Below the pieces are notes generated by a model that was given only the letters and a program-made list of their open reading frames with translations, was not told the origin of the DNA and made no database searches. Below are positions 1 through 9,519 of a DNA stretch of 20,000 nucleotides, piece by piece. Source of the DNA: Atractiella rhizophila (lineage: Eukaryota); contig MU271430.1 in the NCBI GenBank assembly GCA_021432655.1, positions 46,623 to 66,622 of the forward strand, written 5' to 3'. The stretch's first letter is position 1; every line of letters begins with the position of its first letter. The position numbers were made by a program, and so were the translations under genes.

Positions 1-181
1 TTGTCTCTTGGCTTTTCAACTTGACGGTGGTGCGGTCATCGTCGATTTGAACGATGATATCGGAGTTGAGAGACTTCTCAGTGGCGTTTGGTGGTCGAAA
101 ACTGGCCAATTCTTTGGTGATCAATTACAATGACCATGAAACGACTAACCGACAAACGACCTTGATGTTGTTGCCAGACAT
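1..181 (-). CDS. kin1: Conventional kinesin (kinesin-1 heavy chain), 5' end; gene continues beyond the left edge of the window
   Basis: Exon 181-150, intron 149-102 (GTTAGT...CAG, 48 nt) and exon 101-1 give MSGNNIKVVCRFRPPNATEKSLNSDIIVQIDDDRTTVKLKSQET. NIKVVCRFRPPN is the characteristic start of the fungal kinesin-1 motor domain. Not in the ORF track. Confidence 0.9.
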
Positions 182-195
182 TGTGGTATTATGTA

Positions 196-246
196 CTGTA
201 AGAGCTCATCGTGAAACGGGCAGTGGGCTGGAGTGTAGAAACGTAC
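196..246 (-). other. Probable 5'UTR intron of the kinesin gene
   Basis: On the - strand GTACGT (246) ... TTACAG (196), 51 nt, ending about 15 nt upstream of the ATG. Confidence 0.6.
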
Positions 247-499
247 CTGAGAACCGCAACAAAAGGTATCAGGAGGAAAGGTACGAGAAGGACTAGGGGA
301 GTATCCTAGGAGGGTCTAGTGAGATATCGCGTTGAAGGGGGCGGAGGGTCGTGAATCTCGTTGCTACTTTCTTGCTGCCGCTTGGGGGAGAGTAAGCCCC
401 TCAAAGGGTCAATAAGCCGAAGGTTCGCATTTTTGAAAGAGATTGGTTTTGATCAAGTTGTGATCGATATTCATCATGCTGCAAAACGACTGGCAGCTT

Positions 500-1200
500 A
501 ACCGTCATATCACTCAAATACTCTCGTCACACATGTTCTCAAGGCTCTTGATGGCATCTTCCAGTAGCTGCAGCTAATCCTTCCCTCATTGTGAGGAGCT
601 GCGTAGGTGCTTGATGATTGCTCTGCGCTAGATACGTGCATTCCTTATTACTTTTTGGATGAGACCGTGAGGAAGAGCACAAACCTTTGATAGCACCTTT
701 AAGTTTCACCACAACAGCATCGTCCGACTCCCCATTTAACTCTTCCTCACCTAGCCGACTTGCATCCCCTTCCTCTGGTGTAGCCGCAGTCAGAGACAGC
801 TCGATTCCCCCGTGACATTGAGTGTTGGGCTTAAGTCATGTGGCGTTTCGTAGTTTGCGCAAGTTTTTCACTTGAATTTCGGATTGCTTTTGAGTATCTT
901 TCACAGCGGGCAAAGTTGGATATTCGGGTGACTAGTTGTCTTGTGTAGCAGACAAACATGGACAGGTGTTATTGTGATGAGTCGTTAACGTGCATCTGAA
1001 TTGATTGGAAGAGCGAAATTCGCGGCCGTCGGTAACAAAATTACAAAACCCTTTCTCACTTTGTTGTTGGTCAACGGAGAAGAGTCCTGTCGTTTGCCAT
1101 AAAGCCCTTGCCAAAGAACCTCCTCTGTGTATTCCCATCGTATCTGCCCCTTGTTTGACATGAAACCCTGGGCGTCCTTTCAAGAAAGACCCAAGGCCGA
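500..1200 (-). pseudogene. Decayed exon-like fragments of an unidentified gene
   Basis: Protein-like stretches (KDAQGFMSNKGQIRWEYTEEVLWQGLYGKRQ; IELSLTAATPEEGDASRLGEEELNGESDDAVVVKLKGAIK, each followed by a possible GT donor) flanked by stops. No family recognised. Confidence 0.25.
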
Positions 1201-3263
1201 AATTTAACGCAGCCGTGTCGCCTCTGGAGCGACAGTCGGAATCGAGCCCCTAACCTTTAATCTGACAACTACTTCAATTTGTCTCAAGACCGAGGTAACC
1301 CGGAGCGAAACGCAACATTCATGAATGTGACAGACTCTGGCTTTCTGTTCTAAACTGGCAACCATCAAACCACAGCAGCATTCCTCTTTGATTTGCCCAC
1401 ATGTTGATGCACCTTGTGACAGTGGTCCTAGATCGATCCAAACAAATGGACAAACGGTTACAAGGGCACTGCGATTGATCTGACATTGACATTGCTTGAA
1501 GTGCCGCATTCAGTCGACAAGCTTCGAAGGTCAAAGACTTTTGTGATCAATGGACATGCCAACATTGTTACCCTGTCATCCTGTTTGTGCCTAATTTTCT
1601 GCGAAACGAGAAACACCCATAAATATGCCAAACAACACAAAGCAAAACCAATAAAAATCATTTGAAGATCTCATTCACTTCTCAGAACGCGTGGCTCATC
1701 CTTAGAACTGGAACTAGAACCGACCCTTTGACAACGACTCCAACTTAATATCTAGGGGTTCGGATCGAAACCTATTAACCCTCGGCATACTGTTCTCGAC
1801 TGACACTAAATGAGCTGGTGACAGGCATGAGCCTTATTCACTCTCTGACTTATCTACTCGGTCCCAAAACTCATAAGATCGAACTATTAAAAATCCAATG
1901 GACGACAATTGCGTGATCTCTTGGATCAGTGACAAAACAACTGGATGGAAGGGAATATCAGATTATGGGCATTAAAATGCTCGGTTAGAACAATAAGGGT
2001 AATCTCAAACAACACAAACATTTTCTGACCATTTTCCGTACCGTACCGCTGGGTGGACGAGTTTAAATTGAGGCAGTTTCAGAACCGGCGTCGCACTCGA
2101 CCGCACCTCTCTGTCGATCGTGAGGGTCCTACCACATTATGTCCGTCGCTCTAATAAACCCTCTCTCCTACTTTCTTCTCCTGCACACATCGCCATGGTG
2201 TTACACTTCTGTTATTCTCTTCTCTCCCCTGCTTTTGATAACTATCGTCACTTAATACGTGACCTGTGCGTGAGTCAACAGTGATGCTCGCACTGATGGC
2301 CTAAGGAGAGTCACCGAAGGATGGACACTTGTGCAAAGACGTTACGGGTGTTACGGGCCATCGGTCGTGGTGTAGCCAGGTATGTCATTTCTTTACTTTA
2401 TGGCTGGTTTCTGTGAGCAGGAGATGGATCGATTCTGTCGACGAAGTTAGGGTGAATGGTGAATGGGCAATCCCGAAGAAGCACCAGCATCTGGCTTCTA
2501 AGCACCCTTTTTCTTAACTTCGTTCTACAACCGTTACTTATCTATCCTTTCTCGTAACAGTTTCTCTCCCTTCGGGGTTTGAAATACTTAGTCAGATGGA
2601 TTGAGGTGTGACAATGCAGGTAGATGAGGCATGAGGTGTTGGCTTTTGGAGAAGGATAGAGGACAACACATCTAAACATCGGCGAGCATTACCTCTCTTG
2701 TCGTCCTTGACGTCGCTTTGGAGAATTTTGTGCTCCCCGTCGCCTTCGTCTTTGAACAGTGCTTCAATGCCTTGCGTGGTCTCGTTTAGTTGAATAGTAC
2801 CCGCAGTTCTCCTTGGATTTCGCCCGATGCGCTGAAGGCGAATGTCCGTCCTGGAAAACAGCCTATCATTGACTGTTGGGAGCCTACAACGGCTACTTTG
2901 ATGGAACTACTGCAATGCTACATTCACCCTGTTGCCTTCATTTCCGGGTAACCACGACAAGTGAAACCACGCTTTTACCTCAGCTTACACTTTTGGTACA
3001 AGAACGGGGATGTCAGCGATCATGACAGCCGGAGAGGACAGGAGATCTGGCACGGTCTCGCCAGACCCGACGATCAAAAAGGACTGGATACAAAGTGGAA
3101 CCCAGCCGATCGGGTTGTTTGCCAAAGATGCTTCGCCCAAGCTTGCGCTTGGGGAACATGATGGATGACCATAACGGCATGACCTGGCTTCTCCCCAGCG
3201 GTTTCTCGTACACAAGTTGAGTGTTTCGAGGAGAAGCGAGCGCTCAATCCGAGCAAGCAGGAT

Positions 3264-4391
3264 ATGGGAGACTCCCATGCGTATACGTCTTCTGACCCAG
3301 AAGAACCAGAAGCAACAAACTTCAACTTCCCCCCAAGCATCTATCAAAATCAGCCTCCAGTTGTTTTATCATCCAACTTCGAGGCTGGACCCCAATGGAA
3401 CCCTTCTAGTCACTCGGTCATTCCCCATGGCTCCTTGCATCAGTCACCGAATCGAGACTTCCGACCACCCATGGCAGCCGATTTAACCCCCATCCCAAAC
3501 CACCTACGATTTCCTTGGACCTTTAACTCCCCGATTTCTTATCAGAACCGTCAACCTAACCATCCTATTTATGCTCCTCTCCCACCGCCATTCTCCCCCA
3601 TGGCAGTTAGACTAACTCATCAAACTGGCAACGTGCATGGCGCGTCTGCTAGTTTGATCTCCACGTCTCCCTACAACCTTTTAGAGACGTTCCTATCTGA
3701 TTCCCCGAATGCGAATCCTAGGTTTGCTCGGCTCTCTGTCGTGCATCCAACTCTTAACTATGACCACATGGTCATGAATCCTACCCCGTTCGAAACCCTA
3801 CCCAACGACTTTGGCAGCACGGGTATGTCTTCCTGTCGATATCTTGTTTGGGCCGATCGCAACTTGTCTATAGGAATGAATGCTGCGGCAGCTCCCAACG
3901 AAGCTGGTGTGGTTGTGGACAGAGAGTTTGAGAAGATCCTGGCAGGTTCAGCCGTGGAGTCTACCAACCTACATAGGCAAAACAGTACGCTGCCTTCTCA
4001 GCTGATTACTTTATGGTCAGATGTGTATCATGTAGCTGTCAAATCTCAGAAAACACTGGAGATCACAACCCTTAAGCGAACCTTCATCCTCTATTTTTCA
4101 AGAGAAGAAAAAAGGATTTGGGTGTGGGAAGAACTCCTGTTTCATGAACTTGACCCAGTCCAGGAAGGCTTAGACGGGCCAGTCATCTTTGGACCCAGTA
4201 CTAGTCCAGCATATGTGGAGGTTACTTTGGACGGAAAGGTGTGTTTACCTTCCTCGGCGAATCACAGAGAGCGAAACAGTGCGCGACCTGACTCAGCTGC
4301 TTCCTGTCTGATCTATGCAACAGATTTTCTAAGGGGCCAATTAAAATCAATCGGTAGGCTGCTCAGCACCATTTATTATTTCTCGAACTAA
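3264..4391 (+). CDS. Hypothetical protein with a Pro/Ser/Asn-rich N-half and a possibly PH-like C-terminal segment; probably spliced near the 3' end
   Basis: 375-aa ORF. The segment LEITTLKRTFILYFSREEKRIWVWEELL resembles the last strands and Trp-bearing helix of a PH domain. Candidate donors at ~4239 (GTGTGT) and ~4353 (GTAGGC). Confidence 0.55.
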   Translation: MGDSHAYTSSDPEEPEATNFNFPPSIYQNQPPVVLSSNFEAGPQWNPSSHSVIPHGSLHQSPNRDFRPPMAADLTPIPNHLRFPWTFNSPISYQNRQPNHPIYAPLPPPFSPMAVRLTHQTGNVHGASASLISTSPYNLLETFLSDSPNANPRFARLSVVHPTLNYDHMVMNPTPFETLPNDFGSTGMSSCRYLVWADRNLSIGMNAAAAPNEAGVVVDREFEKILAGSAVESTNLHRQNSTLPSQLITLWSDVYHVAVKSQKTLEITTLKRTFILYFSREEKRIWVWEELLFHELDPVQEGLDGPVIFGPSTSPAYVEVTLDGKVCLPSSANHRERNSARPDSAASCLIYATDFLRGQLKSIGRLLSTIYYFSN

Positions 4392-5050
4392 TGATAGTAT
4401 CTCCACGTAAGTGATTGTGCACACAGGCCATCATTCAAATTTGATGACAAGAAGCGACCGTCAGTTATCTTGTAAGCCGTTCCTCTATTGTGCTATCTAG
4501 AAGTGTTGCTGCTTAGGGAGCGATGTAGGAATCATATAACCAATCGAGAACGCTGCCCGCTGCACAAGAAATATCCAGACTTGATTCAATTTGCAGAATG
4601 GTGTCGAGATCTCTGAAACAAACAACGAACTTAACGCTCTATGCCGTTCAATAGCTCACATTTGTCTGCTCTGGTCCAACCGTCGCCGTATACTAGCCGT
4701 GTCTCCGAAGATCCTCATTACTTGAGTTACAGCTGCTGGTTCCTTTCATCGTTTTGCTTCCGTACCTTTTTCATTAATTGATGAGCCCGTCTGTGTTGCA
4801 TGTTGTTGCTTTGATACTATGTCTTCGTTTCATCCACTTCCACCTCCCACCCAGAGCATCATCCATCCAAAAGCCAGTACGGTAACCAATGCCATTGCTT
4901 CTCCTGGATGCGATAAAAGTACATGGAAATGTAGACGTTCTCTGTACCAGTTGTAGACTTATGTGATTTTCTTCAAAGAAAGCCGTTGACAACATCCCCT
5001 GAAGGCAGGAGTTTAAGGTGGTGTCAGTTGTGCAAGCCACTAACAGAACT

Positions 5051-5466
5051 TTAGGGTTCAACCCTGCCACTGTCAGGAATGAGATCCTGGCTGAATCCTT
5101 GCCTCCTGGCTGCCCTGGGTACAACCCTGCCTCTGTCAGGAACAAGATCCTGGCTACTTCCTTGCCTCCTTGCGGCCCAGGGTACAACCCTACCTCTGTC
5201 AGGAACAAGATCCTGGGTACATCCTTGCCTCTTAGGCACCCAGGGTACGACCCTGATGCTGTCGGGAGCAGGATCCCATGTACATCCTTGCCTCCTCGCT
5301 GCCTAGGGTACAACCCTGCCTGTGTCAGGAACAGGATCCTGGCTGTATCCTTGCCTCCTAGGCACCCACGGTGCGACCCTGCCTCTAATAAAAACAGCAT
5401 CATCACAAAACTGTTGGCTCTTAGTCAACCAGGGTAGAACCCTGCCACAGATAGGAATAACAATCC
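5051..5466 (+). repeat. 63-bp tandem repeat, ~6.5 units
   Basis: Units start GGGTWCAACCCTG at 5054, 5117, 5180, 5243, 5306, 5369 and 5432, an exact 63-bp period. In one frame it reads as a 21-aa repeat (GYNPASVRNKILATSLPPxxP). Confidence 0.95.
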
Positions 5467-5712
5467 AGTCAAAATGTCATGTACGTATAAACACCTGCAG
5501 GCACAGGCAATGTCCTCTCTAAGACATCTTAAAACACTTATATATTGAAATCCTTGCTTTATTGGAGAGCTTTGGTTCATATGTGGCATATATGTCCAAT
5601 TGAACAAGGTACATTCAAAGTTGCAAAATTAATTTATAGTAGTTTAGAAATCTGTTCTCTGTACGTTATTAACGATAAGTGCAATTTTCGCAAAACTGCA
5701 CAGGATCAATAG

Positions 5713-5874
5713 GTTATCGACATCAGGTAGAGAGGGGTCTCAGGGGTGCAATTTTGTTGAAAGTGTCCCATGTCGATGGGTTATCAACACCTCGTGTAGA
5801 GGGCTCTGAGGGGTGCAATTTTGTTGAAAGTGGCCCATGTCGATAGATTATCGACATCAGGTAGAGAGGGGTCT
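5713..5874 (+). repeat. 67-bp tandem repeat, 2.4 units, third unit cut off by the 246-bp element
   Basis: RTTATCRACA...GGGGTGCAATTTTGTTGAAAGTG at 5713, 5780 and 5847. The third unit stops after GAGGGGTCT. Confidence 0.9.
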
Positions 5875-6362
5875 ACTACTATTCCTTCGCGACGGAACTG
5901 TTCCGTCAGTCAAATTTGGCTGGGGAACGGAGTTAGGGTCAGGGCCAGGGTGAGTCCCGTCAGCCTAGTTGCGAGGCTCTGACTGACGGAACTAACCTGA
6001 CGGGACGGAACGCACCGTTGAGTCCCGTCAGCTCGGACGCGACAGCCAAAATGTTTCGCGAGGTGGGTTCAGCCCCGAAGCAAACTCGCTCAAACATGCG
6101 AGGTTCATCGCGAGGGGCCTACTACTATTCCTTCGCGACGGAACTGTTCCGTCAGTCAAATTTGGCTGGGGAACAGAGTTAGGGTCAGGGCCAGGGTGAG
6201 TCCCGTCAGCCTAGTTGCGAGGCTCTGACTGACGGAACTAACCTGACGGGACGGAACGCACGGTTGAGTCCCGTCAGCTCGGACGCGACGGCCAAAATGG
6301 TTCGCGAGGTGGGATCAGCCCCGAAGCGAACTTGCTCAAACATGCGAGGTTCGTCGCGAGGG
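5873..6362 (+). repeat. 246-bp direct tandem duplication rich in CCGTCAG/CTGACGG direct and inverted motifs; possible transposon end
   Basis: ACTACTATTCCTTCGCGACGG starts at 5875 and 6121. The copies differ at 8 internal positions. Each has a perfect 13-bp inverted pair (GTTCCGTCAGTCA / TGACTGACGGAAC) and TTAGGGTCAGGGCCAGGG. Confidence 0.92.
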
Positions 6363-6699
6363 CGCCAAGTTCGCTACCAGTCGCGAAGTGGGCACTTCGG
6401 GTCGCTGGCTGGCTGCGACGTGTGAAGTGCCTTCCAGTCGCGAAAGGTCAAGTTTGGTTCAGCGATGGGTTGCAACGTGCGAAGCGCCCCTGTAGTTGCC
6501 AGGGAGCAGATGTGCAAGAGAGCAAACTCACGGGACAACAAACTCGCAAGAGAGCAAACTCGCGAGACGGCCAACTCAGGAGGCAGCAAACTACCGGGCT
6601 GAACGCAAACGCTAGGTTGCAAACTCACGAGACAGCAACAAACTCGCGAGATTGGCTTTGCATCTGCACTCCCAGTTTTGCTGCAGTGAACAGGATGTT

Positions 6700-7600
6700 A
6701 CCAGAGCGAGCCAAGCTTTGCAAGAGCGAAGAGATTTGGCCCAAGCAAGTTGGCTGCATCCCAGCGAACTGCACTTCACCTGAGCAAGCCAAGGTGCACT
6801 GGAGCGAACTGCACCCCGCTGGAGCCAGCCAGGCTTCGCAGGAGCAAACTGCACTTCGCTGGAGCGAGCCAGACTTCACTGAAGCGAACTGGCTTCGCCC
6901 AAGCAAGCCTGACTTTGCTCCAGCGAACTGCAGTTCGCCCGAGTAGTCTGCCTTCGCAGGAGCGAGCCTGGCCTTGCTGGAGCGAACTGACTTCGTCCCA
7001 GCAAGTCTGGCTTCGCTAGAGGGAACTGCACTTCGCTAGAGCGAGCTGGGCTTCACAGGAGCGAACTGCACCGAGCGAACTGCACTTCGTTGAAGCGAAC
7101 CGGTCTTCGCAGGAGCGAACTGCACTTCGCCGGAGCGAGCCAGGCTTCGCAAGGAGCAAACTGACCTTCCCAGCAAGTCTGGCTTCGCTAGAGCGAACTG
7201 CACTTCGTTGAAGCGAACTGGCTTCGCCGAAGCAAGTCTGACTTTGCTCCAGCGAACTGCAGTTCGCCGGAGTGAGTCTGCCTTCGCAGGAGTGAGCCTG
7301 GCCTTGCTGGAGCGAATGCACTTCGCCCGGGCAAGTCTGGCTTGCTTCACTCCAGCAAACTGCTCTTTTCCCAGGCAAGCCAGACCTTGTTGGAGCCAAC
7401 TGACTTCGCCCCAGCGAGTCTGCGTTTGCTGGGGCGAACAGGAAGTAGTCTCGCGTCGCTTGAGTAGCCCTGGCTTCATTGAAGTGACAGGAGGTCGCGA
7501 GAGCGAACTGACTTAGTCCCAGCGAGCCTGTCTTTGTTGGAGTGAACTTAACTTCATGGCAACAAACATACCTTTGCTGAAGCGAGCTAGGCTTCGCAAG
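6700..7600. repeat. Array of ~21-bp quasi-palindromic modules (GCGAA/GCGAG-variable core-TTCGC) with a higher-order repeat
   Basis: Modules such as GAGCGAACTGCACTTCGC and GAGCGAGCCAGGCTTCGC. The perfect 16-bp palindrome GCGAACTGCAGTTCGC is at 6923 and 7252. A >100-bp block at 6881 recurs at 7210. Confidence 0.9.
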
Positions 7601-7774
7601 AGTGAACCTGAACCAGAGCCCCCCAAAGTGATCCCAAGCCCCTGAGGCTCTACTTCCCCGAAGGGGCTCTCAGAAAGTCCTTATAAGGCTGACTCCTCTC
7701 AGGATCCCCCAAGAAATGCACCGGTAAGTGTTTGTCCGAAATTGTCCCCTGCTGTGTTTTCGTTGCTCTGCTGG

Positions 7775-8307
7775 CCGAAGGTGAAGTGCTCACTTGGAGG
7801 ATCTGAATCCTCAAACAGCACTCGGTCCTGCCGTTTGCTGTGGGATTGATCAAGGCGACCTATGCGTCCACTTCTTTCTCCCAAGGCGAGCCAAAGGTCG
7901 GGCGCTCAAAATGGATTCGGGTTTTGAAGGTGGGTTCTTGGTCTTCAGAGCATCTTGTGGCACTTTGTATATATCTTACTGGCAGAAAGCAAAGTGTGTG
8001 CTTAGGAGACAAAACCTGAACATGTACTTGTTCCTGAGATTTGCTGTGGGATCGATCAAGGCGACCTAAGCGTCCACTTCTTTCTCCCATGGTAAAAGGA
8101 AGGTCAAGTGCTCAAGAGGTGTTTGGGTGTCAGAAGTGGGCAGGCACTGTTCAGGCAGTTTGCATGAATAACTAAAGGCTCAGGATACTCAGCACATCCA
8201 CAGGCTTAGATGGTACTTGTGGTGGCTTAGACCTCAGAGGTTATCCTATGCTCAAGATTTTGCTATTGGGATCGATCAAGGCGATCTATGCGTCCACTTC
8301 TTTCTCC
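7775..8307 (+). repeat. Degenerate ~210-bp repeat with a conserved 48-bp core, 3 copies
   Basis: TTTGCTGTGGGATYGATCAAGGCGACCTAWGCGTCCACTTCTTTCTCC at 7834, 8040 and 8259 (the third has two further substitutions); spacing 206 and 219 bp. Confidence 0.85.
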
Positions 8308-8377
8308 TATAGCTATGACTGGGTAGGGAGCTGAAAGTACTTTGTGCCTGCACCTTGTGACGTCTGAGAGCAGGTGA

Positions 8378-9058
8378 TTTTTGCTTCAGAGACAGACACA
8401 TTCCTTTTCAGACACTGGTTCGCGTGTTGCCTCGCGAGTGCTGTGGGATGTTGTGTGGATGTTGGTTTGCATGTCGTTTCGCGAGTGTTGTCGGATGGGA
8501 TGTGTTGGTGTTGGTTTCGCTGCAAAGTGGCTTGGGTGCCGCCTTGCGACTGTTGTCCGGCGAGTTGTGGTGTTGGTTTTTTGTTGCAAAGCCGGCTCGG
8601 GCGCCACCTCGTGAGATGACTGTCTTGGGTGTTGGTTTCGTTGCAATGTGGCTCTGGTGCCGAGGAGTGGTTCGCATGTAGCCCTCGCGAGTGCTGTCGG
8701 CTGGTTTGTGTTGGTGTTGGTTCGTTGCAAAGTGGCTCGAATGCTGCCTCGCGAGTGCTGTCGGCTGGTTTGTGTAGGTGTTTGGTTTCGTTGCAAAGTG
8801 TCTCGGGTGCCACCTCGCGAGATGAGTGTTAGTTTCGTAGCCTCGCGAGTGCTGTCGGGTGGGTGAGTTGGTGTTTGGTTTCGTTGCAAAGTGTCTCGGG
8901 TGCCACCTCCCGAGATGAGTGGTCGTTTTGTAGCCTCGCAAGTGCTGTCGGCTGTTGGTTCATTGCAAAGTGGCTCGGGCGCTGCCTCGCGAGTGCTGTC
9001 GGGTGGGTTGGTTGGTTTTGGTTTTCTTGCAAACTGGCTCGGGTGCTGCCTCACGAGA
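8378..9058 (+). repeat. Modular block A (GT-rich modules containing CCTCGCGAG)
   Basis: Starts TTTTTGCTTCAGAGACAGACACATTCC. Recurrent GTTGGTTTCGTTGCAAAGTGGCTCGGGTGCCACCTCGCGAG and CCTCGCGAGTGCTGTCGG. Direct repeat of 11639-12438. Confidence 0.92.
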
Positions 9059-9490
9059 ATGCAAACTCGCGAGAGAGCGAACTCGTGACGAGTTTGCAAC
9101 AGTCCTGCTGCGAAGGGTTGCTGACGAACGAACAAAATTGCAACTCTCGCGAAACAAAGATAATTCTCGCCAGCTGCGCGAACACGATCGCGAGCAGTCG
9201 CGACTCAAAAACGTTCGCGAGCTCTCGCGAGGAGAACATTTGGGCAAGCTGCCGCGAATGGTTGGGTCTCACGAAAAGAAGTTAAGTCCAAGCTCTCGTG
9301 AGCCTAGAATGATTGCAAGTCTCGCTCAAGCGAGGCGAGCATGATTGCAACCTCTCGCGAAGCGAAAACGTTTGCATGCTTCGCGAGGAGAGCACTCAAC
9401 CAAGCTGCCACCAAGCGAACACTACAGTGGCCTGCTGAAGAAATATGCAATGCAAAACGAAACACGACATGAGAAAGCTCGTGCGAGCAT
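9059..9490. repeat. A-rich region with dispersed TCGCGA modules
   Basis: CAAACTCGCGAGA and CTCTCGCGA motifs recur. Similar motifs occur at ~6520-6650. Confidence 0.6.
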
Positions 9491-9519
9491 TTGCTTTGGC
9501 TCGCCAACCCAAATCCTCG

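Noticed and set aside
54..296. 80-aa plus-strand ORF
   Set aside because: Antisense to the kinesin exons and introns.
2195..3260. Upstream exons of the 3264 ORF
   Set aside because: Splice-like signals exist (e.g. GTATGT 2380 to CAG 2420), but I could not build a stop-free model.
4774..5406. 210-aa minus-strand ORF
   Set aside because: Mostly the antisense reading of the 63-bp repeat; no independent support.
6700..8307. CRISPR-like repeat-spacer array
   Set aside because: Eukaryotic context, no cas genes, recurring rather than unique cores, and lengths that do not fit CRISPR.
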